Below, one piece after another: positions 28,156-36,072 of a DNA stretch of 36,072 bases. Below the pieces are notes generated by a model. That model ran no database searches and was not told the origin of the DNA. It saw only the letters and a program-made list of their open reading frames with translations. Position 1 is the first letter of the stretch. Each line of letters opens with the position of its first letter. Origin of the DNA: Candidatus Hodarchaeota archaeon (GTDB taxonomy: Archaea; Asgardarchaeota; Heimdallarchaeia; Hodarchaeales; Hodarchaeaceae); NCBI GenBank assembly GCA_016839785.1, contig JAEOTQ010000017.1, positions 1 through 36,072 on the forward strand, in the 5' to 3' direction. Made by a program: the position numbers and the translations under genes.

Positions 28156-28605
28156 ATGGCTGAAATTAAGGAAATTATAGATTTTGCGATAAAAAAAGAA
28201 ATTGAAGCATTTGATCTTTATTCTGGCATTGCTAAAAACTCAAACAATCCAGCGGTTCAAAAACTCCTCGAAGAACTCGCAAATGATGAACTTGGTCATA
28301 AAGAAGCTCTTGAAAATCTATCTAGAGCTGAAGAAATATTGAATTTCGATATAGATGAAGTCCAGGATCTAAAGCTATCAGATCATCTTCAGACAACAAC
28401 AATTGATGAAGACTCTGATCTTCAAGAAACACTTGTCTTTGCTATGAAAGAGGAAAAAGGGGCTTATGAGCTATACACACGAATGGCTAAGGCAGCCCAG
28501 ACTGAACAGAATGCTACAATATTTCAAAAGCTCGCCCAAATGGAACTTATTCATAAAAACAAGCTCGAATCTCTCTATGATGATATGTTCTATTCAGATA
28601 ATTAA
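28156..28605 (+). CDS. Ferritin-like/rubrerythrin-family diiron protein
   Basis: Duplicated AIKKEIEAFDLY..LANDELGH and AMKEEKGAYELY..LAQMELIH motifs. ATG 28156 follows GGAAAGGT. Confidence 0.9.
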   Translation: MAEIKEIIDFAIKKEIEAFDLYSGIAKNSNNPAVQKLLEELANDELGHKEALENLSRAEEILNFDIDEVQDLKLSDHLQTTTIDEDSDLQETLVFAMKEEKGAYELYTRMAKAAQTEQNATIFQKLAQMELIHKNKLESLYDDMFYSDN

Positions 28606-28658
28606 GTCAATAGGGGAGTGAAGAGATAGATCTGCTCCCAGCCTCTAAAAATGTAATT

Positions 28659-29264
28659 TTATTTTTCCAGAAAATTACTGAAACTTTTGATTGAAAGAAA
28701 TACATCCCAATGCTTCACTACAATATCAGCTGACCCGAATGGTTTTAAAACGGCATTTTTTGGAATATTTCTTCCACCCTGTGTTGTCATCACCGCACCT
28801 TCGCGAAGGAGCAACGATAATTTACCTCCCTGAATTTGTGAAGAAGGGACAAGTATCAAAGCTGGTACTTCCATCTTTGGTATCGGATTAGAGGATATTA
28901 CTCCTAGATAAACACACACAGACATTTTCATTTCTCTTGAATTATAGATTAAAATGGGACAGGTTCTATCTTCCAATTGGTACTGGGAAAATATTGGATT
29001 CTCTAGTTCACAGACTAATGTTTGATTTGAGGAGATAAGGTCTACTTCACATCCAATCTCTTCTAAAACTTCCCTCCTCGTTGCATCCAGAATATCCTCA
29101 TTTTTTTCTACGTGCCCTCCTGTATTGGTATAAGTAATCTCCCAATGAGTCCTTTTTTTTTCCCAGTACTCTTCTTTTCCGAGAACAAACAGAAAAAAAT
29201 CGTTCCAGCGAATCAGTACGCCATTTCCCTGTTGTTTATACAATAATAATTCTTCTACAAGCAA
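28659..29264 (-). CDS. NUDIX hydrolase
   Basis: Nudix box GGHVEKNEDILDATRREVLEEIG. Confidence 0.9.
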   Translation of the reverse strand: MLVEELLLYKQQGNGVLIRWNDFFLFVLGKEEYWEKKRTHWEITYTNTGGHVEKNEDILDATRREVLEEIGCEVDLISSNQTLVCELENPIFSQYQLEDRTCPILIYNSREMKMSVCVYLGVISSNPIPKMEVPALILVPSSQIQGGKLSLLLREGAVMTTQGGRNIPKNAVLKPFGSADIVVKHWDVFLSIKSFSNFLEK

Positions 29265-29439
29265 TAATCATCACTTAATCTTCATCTTGTCAATTTTGTA
29301 TCTTATCTTCAACTTCGGAATTATGAAACATTTAAAGTTGCTTAACCAGGAAAGGAAAAGTCATCTCTGGAAAAGATTCAGATGTTTTCTGAGCTGTAGA
29401 TATATAATCGAAATAGTACAGAGAAAATGGGTTCTTATT

Positions 29440-30351
29440 GTGAAAATCCAATCACGTCCTTACAACAAACAGCACGATTTTACTCTTATTATGAGATTTC
29501 TCGCCAATCTCTTTGAAAGTACTAAATCATATGAAAATTGGTTTCCTGACCGATTTGAAAATAGTAGTGATTCCCGTGAAGATGCGATAAGAGTTTGGGA
29601 GAGACTAGATGATACAATAAATCCTCCTATTCAAGAAATCATTGCAGTAACGACTCGTGATTCACCTATAGATTTTTTTCTACATGTTGATCCCAATTAT
29701 AAGCATATTGAACGGGAAATGATTAAGTGGATAGAAGAACATCATAAAAAATCAATTCCAAGAGAGAAAAACGAAATAGACGTGAAGATAAATATTCTAG
29801 AAGGAAATGTTGAACGAGAAAGTCTTTTATCTGAATTGGGTTATAATAAGAAACAAATTTATGGATATTATCGAATTAGACAGGGTAATGCTTCAATACC
29901 TGAGTATAAATGCCCTGAGATCTTTGAAATTAGAACTCTTAAACATTCTGACTATGAGCAGCTTGCATTGCTTATTAGACGAGTATTTGGCCATGGAGAA
30001 TCATTTAATGCAGGAGTCCTAGAATGGATTGCACGTTGTTCTTTTTACAATCCCGAGTTAGACCTAGTTATAGTCACCCCCGAAGATACAATCGCGTCTT
30101 TTTGTACTTTTAGGATTGATCCTATTAGTCATATCATTAGTTTAGAACCAATGGGAACTAATCCTGACTTTAGAGGCCTAGGATTAGGAAAAGCAATATT
30201 AACAGAAGGAATTAAACGATCGATGAAGTTTAATCCCCCTTTTTTCTATATTGATGGAGCTGCAGATACCCCAGCTGCGAATCGATTATATGATGTTACT
30301 GGATTTACAGAGAAATATGCAATCAACTCATGGATAAAACGATTTGTTTAG
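29440..30351 (+). CDS. GNAT-family N-acetyltransferase (tandem GNAT)
   Basis: EPMGTNPDFRGLGLGKA acetyl-CoA motif and ANRLY..GF. Start uncertain; GTG 29440 preferred over TTG 29287. Confidence 0.88.
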   Translation: MKIQSRPYNKQHDFTLIMRFLANLFESTKSYENWFPDRFENSSDSREDAIRVWERLDDTINPPIQEIIAVTTRDSPIDFFLHVDPNYKHIEREMIKWIEEHHKKSIPREKNEIDVKINILEGNVERESLLSELGYNKKQIYGYYRIRQGNASIPEYKCPEIFEIRTLKHSDYEQLALLIRRVFGHGESFNAGVLEWIARCSFYNPELDLVIVTPEDTIASFCTFRIDPISHIISLEPMGTNPDFRGLGLGKAILTEGIKRSMKFNPPFFYIDGAADTPAANRLYDVTGFTEKYAINSWIKRFV

Positions 30352-30419
30352 GCTGAGGAAAAAGAAATTGGAAAATAGCTTCAAATACAACTCTGATAAT
30401 GACTGTAGTCACTCTAAGG

Positions 30420-33344
30420 TTAAGAGCAGTTCACACACCTAGCGATAACTTCCTCATTTTTTATTTTGACCTTTACACGCCCACAGGAGTCGCATACCTC
30501 AGTTCCACATTTTTTACAGACTGAAAGAAGCTCAGGAGCAAATGACTTCTTACATCCTTGACATAATTTCGGTGTGTGTTCGGGACAATAGTGTGCTTTT
30601 GTATTAATATCAAATGCACTGCATTCTCCGCATAAAGTCTGTTCACATACTTTGCAGACTTCTGAATGATCAAGGCATGCAGTTTTACCACATTTCTGAC
30701 AAAAAGTGATGTGTTCACTACAGAAGAGCTTTAAGCACGTTGTACAGACGAATGTAGGGGGAGAAATCTCTACTGCTAATAGTGATTGATAATAATTCTC
30801 TGTACTTATTTGGGGGCCACAACCCTCACACATGAGTTCGGCATTTCCATTATAAAGATTTAAATTAAGATGGAATTGAGTAATGTTTTCAAGACTGTCT
30901 GGTCCTTCTTTTATTGAAACAGGAATTAGTAAACGAGGAACCCAATAGACAGATTTTTCAATAATCGAAACATCTGCTTTTCCTGGCCTATAGAGGTCTG
31001 GTGGAACACCTTGACTTTTGAGTACTTCAATAGATTTATGAAAGGCTTCATAATTTTCCTGTTTCTCTTTAAATAAATCTTGACGCTTCTTTTCCGAATT
31101 TGCAATTTGTTTTCGAAGATCCTTAGTTCGATCGTCATGTCTTCTTTGTTTAGTAGATGTTGAGTCAATTGATCGTTCAATTGCTTTAACAGATCTTCCC
31201 TCTGCGGCACGAGCCTTCCGTTCTCCTTCCAAATTCTCCAAGCGCGTCAATGTTTCGTCAAGTTTCTGATTTTCAGTTTGTAATTTTTCCTCTAAGCCAC
31301 TTATTTGGGTAGATAATTTTGATAATTCTTTTCCAACTTTTTTCCCCGCAAGTTTAGAGATTTCTTCACGTTCAAATTCCCGTAAACGTTCTTGATAGAT
31401 GGACTCGGCTTCTGGAAAAGGATTTTGAGTAAAATACCAGATTAAATTCTCAGGTAGCTTGGTTATTACCTCTTTATCAAATTCGAGGAATTTATAGTCT
31501 GAAACAGGTTGAATTGCCAAATCCCTTGCAGGGAGGGAAGAAGCGTGAATTCCTTCAATTGTCGTTGAATTCCAATCAATCTTACGTAAATCAAATGTAC
31601 GGGCCATTTCCTCCTTGATTTGGACAGGAAATTGTAATTGACCCTCTTTTATACTTCTTTTAATATCTATCAGTGTCTTCGTAAAATAAAGAGGAGAATA
31701 AAATTTTTGATACTCTCCCATTTCAAGAAAGAGTCCATCTTGATCAGGATTACCACTTAGACTCAATCGTTTTTGAATCACAGCTGAATATTCTTCATTC
31801 TCTGGTTTGATTTTAGGACTTAGGAATCGCTCTGTAATTTTCCCCATCGCAGGTTTCTTAGCCTTAAATCCGATAGTAGATACTACTTCCTCTTTCTTGT
31901 CATCTACAGTTGGTTTTTCTTTCTTTGGTTTAATTTTTTCAGGTTTGGGGGGTTTTAAGGTAAGAGCAGTAATTTCAGAATTAGTTAAGGGACCCTTATG
32001 TAAGCTCAGTAACCAACGCGTCTTTAACATGTTTACACCGTATTTCGGGTTATAAGCAATAAAGTTCCCAGGTTTTAATGCACGAATCTTACTCATTAAA
32101 GATCTAAATTCCTCTTCTGTGCCTCCACTGCCTTCAAAAACGGGTTTCAACGCACCTTGGACTTTGGCGATATCTTGGTTTGTAGCTAATCTGCCTAGTA
32201 CCCACGTAGCAATATTTGAAAGACCACGATAATCTAAATCTCCAGGATTTTGCGTTGCTAGAACACAACCAAGTCCTGCAGCTCTTGCTTGTTTTAATAA
32301 GATTAGTAGAGCTGTTTTTGAAGGAGGGCTCAAAGAACCTGCAGGCATAAAACCATACAACTCATCAAAGTACAGAATCGCACGTAAACGACTTGTACCA
32401 CCTTTTGACCATGCCCAACGTTGAACTTCCCCCAAGATTTCTGCAACAAAGGTATTTCGTTCATCAGAATCGGTAATTTTGCGAAGATCAAATACAATAA
32501 TCGGTGTTTTCTTTTCTTTTGTTGCTAAACCAATTAGCTTATCAAAATCAAGCTCTACTCCCGGTACGGCGCGTACCATTAGTGCATTTATGTTACGAGC
32601 CAATTCCTGACGTTTAGTGTTTGAAATAAACTGATCTACCGCAAGTGATCCTACTTTCTCAAATGGAGGTTCTTGAATTCTTTCTATTAACAGCTCCAAT
32701 CCTACAGCATTTTTTCTTTCATTCTCCCATACATGTCGTATGATATTGTTTAGATATATGACACGATTATCAGTAGAAGACGAAGTTCCTATCCCCACCC
32801 GTGATAGCAACAATTGTATCTTCAAGTCTAATGCACTTAGCACTGCATCTGGTGATTCTTCCATCATGTTAGTATAGTTCTTGGGTTTTTCAAAATGAGG
32901 TGTAAGGGAAATTTGAACACCAGCAGCATTCTTAGGAGTAATTAATACTGTAGCAACTTTATTCGAAAATTCAGCTTCGGCAGAAAGATAATCATCACCA
33001 AATGATTCTTCCAGTTTTTCTTCATATAAATTAACCCAATCTTCCGCGATTTCTTCTGGATCACCTCCTCCACGATCTTCAGCTTCGACTTTAGCATGGA
33101 TAATAAGTCTGTCTGTCGAAAAATCACCCAAACCTATTCCCAACGCTCCTATATCGCCTTTAGGGTCGATTGCAATAACTGGAATATTTGATCGGATAGC
33201 TTCTTCAACTATCGACTTACATACAACGGTTTTTCCAGAACCACTTGCACCTAAGACAGCTGCATGCGTTAAGAATGTTGTAGAGGGTAATTCAAATTTT
33301 TCCCCATCCCCTATTTTACCAAGAAAAAACTTAGGATCAGCCAT
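30420..33344 (-). CDS. HerA/FtsK-superfamily (DUF87/DUF853-like) ATPase fused to a coiled coil and a C-terminal multi-zinc-finger region
   Basis: THAAVLGASGSGKT Walker A, IDPKGD, LYFDE Walker B, KQAR, LATQNPGDLDY. Charged helical region, then 12 CxxC/CxxH dyads. Confidence 0.85.
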   Translation of the reverse strand: MADPKFFLGKIGDGEKFELPSTTFLTHAAVLGASGSGKTVVCKSIVEEAIRSNIPVIAIDPKGDIGALGIGLGDFSTDRLIIHAKVEAEDRGGGDPEEIAEDWVNLYEEKLEESFGDDYLSAEAEFSNKVATVLITPKNAAGVQISLTPHFEKPKNYTNMMEESPDAVLSALDLKIQLLLSRVGIGTSSSTDNRVIYLNNIIRHVWENERKNAVGLELLIERIQEPPFEKVGSLAVDQFISNTKRQELARNINALMVRAVPGVELDFDKLIGLATKEKKTPIIVFDLRKITDSDERNTFVAEILGEVQRWAWSKGGTSRLRAILYFDELYGFMPAGSLSPPSKTALLILLKQARAAGLGCVLATQNPGDLDYRGLSNIATWVLGRLATNQDIAKVQGALKPVFEGSGGTEEEFRSLMSKIRALKPGNFIAYNPKYGVNMLKTRWLLSLHKGPLTNSEITALTLKPPKPEKIKPKKEKPTVDDKKEEVVSTIGFKAKKPAMGKITERFLSPKIKPENEEYSAVIQKRLSLSGNPDQDGLFLEMGEYQKFYSPLYFTKTLIDIKRSIKEGQLQFPVQIKEEMARTFDLRKIDWNSTTIEGIHASSLPARDLAIQPVSDYKFLEFDKEVITKLPENLIWYFTQNPFPEAESIYQERLREFEREEISKLAGKKVGKELSKLSTQISGLEEKLQTENQKLDETLTRLENLEGERKARAAEGRSVKAIERSIDSTSTKQRRHDDRTKDLRKQIANSEKKRQDLFKEKQENYEAFHKSIEVLKSQGVPPDLYRPGKADVSIIEKSVYWVPRLLIPVSIKEGPDSLENITQFHLNLNLYNGNAELMCEGCGPQISTENYYQSLLAVEISPPTFVCTTCLKLFCSEHITFCQKCGKTACLDHSEVCKVCEQTLCGECSAFDINTKAHYCPEHTPKLCQGCKKSFAPELLSVCKKCGTEVCDSCGRVKVKIKNEEVIARCVNCS

Positions 33345-33475
33345 TTTCTTTCCCTGTGCTTGATACTTTGACGAAAATGAATTAAATTAATAAATGAATC
33401 CTTTAGATCACGGAAAATATCACTCTAATCTATCATGAGAATACGAAGAATCAATTAGTTTTTTGGAGTTTGAAT

Positions 33476-34495
33476 ATGTCTACAAAAAAATTTCCAATTA
33501 TTAAGTTAGAGGGAAGTCCACAAGAGATCGGCTTCAAGCATGGGGAGATTTTGAAAGACAAAATTCATTCTACAGTTAGTTGGTACAAAAACATAATATC
33601 TAAAGATGAAAAAAAGATAATAAGACGAGCTAAGTACTTTAAATCTGTAATTGGAACTTTTAATCCTTTATACGTCACTGAAATAGAAGCAATTGCAGTA
33701 GGTGCAGATATAGATCCTGTTTGGATCTATATGCTAAATGCACGGTCTGAAATCATGAATATTTTTCAAAATGAATGTACAGCAGTCTTTTTCAAGTCCT
33801 CTGCGATTTTAGGGCAAAATTGGGACTGGGCGCAGGAGCTAGAAAATTTAGCTATTCTTCTAAAACTTAAACTCGAAGATAAACCTGAAATACTCATGAT
33901 GACCGAACCAGGGATAATTGGTAAGATAGGATTTAATTCAGACGGAGTTGGAGCTTGTTTAAATTTTCTAGACTCTGGAAAGCCCACTCGAGGTGTTCCA
34001 ATACATATTATTCTTAGAAGTATTCTAGAATCCTCATCTCTCGATAGTGCATTGAGTTCTATTAACCCTGTTATTTATGGCAAATCAGCAAATATCATGA
34101 TAGGAAGCTCTAATGGACAGTTTGTTGATATAGAATTTGCAAATGATGATATCTACTATCCAAAAATAGAAAATTCATCTTTCCTACATACTAACCATTA
34201 CCTTGAAAATGAGGATTTGAATCAGAATAGAGAGAAATTAGCCAGTTCATTTAAGAGATATAAAATCGGTCTTGATCTTTTGCAAAAAACTAACTCAGAA
34301 ACAGTTAATGATATGAAAGAAATACTTTTAGATAAATCCGATGAAGTTCTTCCAATCTGTCGTCATTATGTAGAGAATCCTGACATTGGTACTGTAGGAA
34401 CCATATGTACAGTAATCATGGACTTAAAGCAGCAAAAAATGCACATAACACGAGGGAGTCCCTTAGTTACTCCTTTTTCAGAGATAAACTTATAG
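33476..34495 (+). CDS. Peptidase C45 family Ntn-hydrolase/acyltransferase
   Basis: LNARSE, NECT (nucleophilic Cys), GQNWDW, GFNSDG, HTNHY. Confidence 0.9.
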   Translation: MSTKKFPIIKLEGSPQEIGFKHGEILKDKIHSTVSWYKNIISKDEKKIIRRAKYFKSVIGTFNPLYVTEIEAIAVGADIDPVWIYMLNARSEIMNIFQNECTAVFFKSSAILGQNWDWAQELENLAILLKLKLEDKPEILMMTEPGIIGKIGFNSDGVGACLNFLDSGKPTRGVPIHIILRSILESSSLDSALSSINPVIYGKSANIMIGSSNGQFVDIEFANDDIYYPKIENSSFLHTNHYLENEDLNQNREKLASSFKRYKIGLDLLQKTNSETVNDMKEILLDKSDEVLPICRHYVENPDIGTVGTICTVIMDLKQQKMHITRGSPLVTPFSEINL

Positions 34496-34791
34496 TAACG
34501 AAGGTATTACCGCATTCGTTTTGATTTAAAAGCGCTGACGAAAACTATTTTTCTGGTGCTAATTAGATGACTGAAAATTATCTTTTCCATTTCTGGGGAT
34601 AGAATCGTTCATTAAAACAAAACATTTTCATATTACATACATTTTCAAATTGCTTAAGACACTACACAAGCATCCCGACAAGTATGTCGTACCAGAAATG
34701 CTTTGATCACCCTCAAAATTTATGTGGATTAAAGAATACGTAGTTACAAAAGTACCTGCTACAATCAGTATCGTTAAGGAGTTTATAATTC

Positions 34792-35376
34792 GTGGTAAAC
34801 GTTGGAATATTAGGAGACATGGATTGCGGGAAAACCTCGGTATTTGTACGATTTATGAATTCGTTAGCAGCCACTAACGAAAAAATTATCGCTGGTTCTC
34901 CTGGGGGTCCAGAGATGTATACCACTCAAACTGTAGACTTTATTAGATTTACTCATAGAGGGTTTATACATGTTTTATATGGTACAGGAGGTCATACCAC
35001 CCCTATTACCGATTACTATCGTGTCTATGTGCTAAGAAATGCTAACCGTTTCCTATGTATGTTTGATTTAGCAATAGATTTAGCAAAGCAATTAGAATTT
35101 TATAAAAATCTTGAAATACCAACTAAGCAGGTGACAATTTTTCTTAACAAATATGATCTTGCTAAAGAAAACTATGATGAATACAAAGAAAAGGTTGAGG
35201 ATTTCTTTATTAATGAGCAAAAAAAGCTAATTAAAGGAATCTTTCCTACCGTCGCCATTAAGGTTGAAGACAATCAATTCAAAGCAGAAACGCAAAATTG
35301 TCTGAAAGGGATTTTAGATTTGTGCGAATTTGATAAGGATGCATCTGCATTCGATGTTTGGGATGGACAAGGATAA
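34792..35376 (+). CDS. Ras-like small GTPase (MglA/CvnD-like)
   Basis: G1 GDMDCGKT, G2 region TTQTVDF, G3-like LYGTGGH, G4 NKYD, G5-like TVA. GTG start preceded by AAGGAG. Confidence 0.8.
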   Translation: MVNVGILGDMDCGKTSVFVRFMNSLAATNEKIIAGSPGGPEMYTTQTVDFIRFTHRGFIHVLYGTGGHTTPITDYYRVYVLRNANRFLCMFDLAIDLAKQLEFYKNLEIPTKQVTIFLNKYDLAKENYDEYKEKVEDFFINEQKKLIKGIFPTVAIKVEDNQFKAETQNCLKGILDLCEFDKDASAFDVWDGQG

Positions 35377-35399
35377 TAATTTAAAATTGGGTAGTAATA

Positions 35400-36072
35400 T
35401 TGGAGAATTCTGATCCATTTACTCAACTTGTTGATACTCTAGCAGTGATTGAGAATCAAAACCGTATTCTTTGCCTAATAGCGGTATATTTGGGGCAAAA
35501 AGCTGATCAAAATACTATCCAAGGAATTACCGATATCCTTTCAAGTCTTTTAGGTAAACACGAGCAATTTACAACAACAAAAACTAGAGGGTTAATTACA
35601 TCTCTCGTAAATGGTGGGATTCTAGAACGAGAAAGAGAGAAGGTAATAAGCTCTACAAAAGTCTCTTTTCACTCAATCAGTTCTCTAGGTTATATAGTTT
35701 TGACTTATGTATTACTAACTTATGTTGTAAGAATCGATCCTGCTTCAATCGAATGGGACACCAAAAGATTCCAAGATTATGCTGATTCTGAAGAAAAGAT
35801 GATCTTATTCACTATTGACACATTAATTGCACAGGAGCCTACTCTGAAGCGTGTTTATACTTCTCTTAGAACAGGAAAAGACCCTAGTAAAATTAAACTC
35901 TCAAAACCCTTAATTATTCCAGTCACAAAAGTCTTTTCTGGGAATACTGGATATAGAGTATTTAAAATCTTTGAAGAACTAATTTGGGATTATTTACACT
36001 ATAATACAGGATTCACTAAACTAGGACTTGAGCAATCAACAGAAATACCAACTGCATTAACTGGTTCATTGA
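35400..36072 (+). CDS. Hypothetical protein, probable winged-helix domain(s), 3'-truncated at the window edge
   Basis: Not in the ORF track. TTG 35400 opens a stop-free frame of at least 224 codons: MENSDPFTQLVDTLAVIENQNRILCLIAV...TRGLITSLVNGGILERE...HSISSLG. Confidence 0.7.
   Translation, partial: MENSDPFTQLVDTLAVIENQNRILCLIAVYLGQKADQNTIQGITDILSSLLGKHEQFTTTKTRGLITSLVNGGILEREREKVISSTKVSFHSISSLGYIVLTYVLLTYVVRIDPASIEWDTKRFQDYADSEEKMILFTIDTLIAQEPTLKRVYTSLRTGKDPSKIKLSKPLIIPVTKVFSGNTGYRVFKIFEELIWDYLHYNTGFTKLGLEQSTEIPTALTGSL

Noticed and set aside
30420-33344. Canonical HerA-NurA repair operon or a known HerA defence system
   Set aside because: No nuclease, Sir2, mre11 or rad50 neighbour; the flanking genes are a GNAT and a C45 peptidase.
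1-36072. Genome-wide reassignment of TGA (genetic code 4 or 25)
   Set aside because: TGA terminates at least five genes at natural ends, including overlap-coupled ones (14435, 21882), and appears internally only twice.
1-36072. TAG/pyrrolysine recoding
   Set aside because: The TAG stops I checked fall at expected protein ends; no pyl genes or internal TAG were seen.
1-36072. tRNA, rRNA, CRISPR array, IS element or integrase
   Set aside because: No cloverleaf-like GC-rich segment, spaced repeat array, transposase motif or terminal inverted repeat was seen by eye; a small ncRNA could have been missed.

Overview
AT-rich, gene-dense archaeal chromosomal segment with about 33 protein-coding loci. 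An Asgard (Heimdallarchaeia-like) origin is inferred, not proven, from the archaeal/eukaryote-type TyrRS, a Ras-like small GTPase, TATA-like promoters and three secreted proteins with a C-terminal linker-TM-basic anchor. Content is mostly heterotrophic metabolism: a BMP-type ABC transporter operon, 4-hydroxybutyryl-CoA dehydratase, a HypD-type glycyl radical enzyme with its activase, a GH130 phosphorylase, a class III aminotransferase, two UbiA prenyltransferases and several hydrolases. I saw no rRNA, tRNA, CRISPR array or mobile element. Most notable: (i) two otherwise intact genes (DGGGP-synthase-like UbiA and DsrE/YchN) each interrupted by a single in-frame TGA, which the ORF track truncates; (ii) a 974-aa HerA/FtsK-like ATPase fused to a coiled coil and a 12-dyad Cys/His zinc-binding array; (iii) an MglA/CvnD-like GTPase with an altered G3 motif followed by an ORF, missing from the track, that looks like a tandem winged helix; (iv) a bactofilin-like repeat protein; (v) an apparently uncharacterised kinase-like protein. 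All family calls come from motif recognition by eye; no database searches were run.
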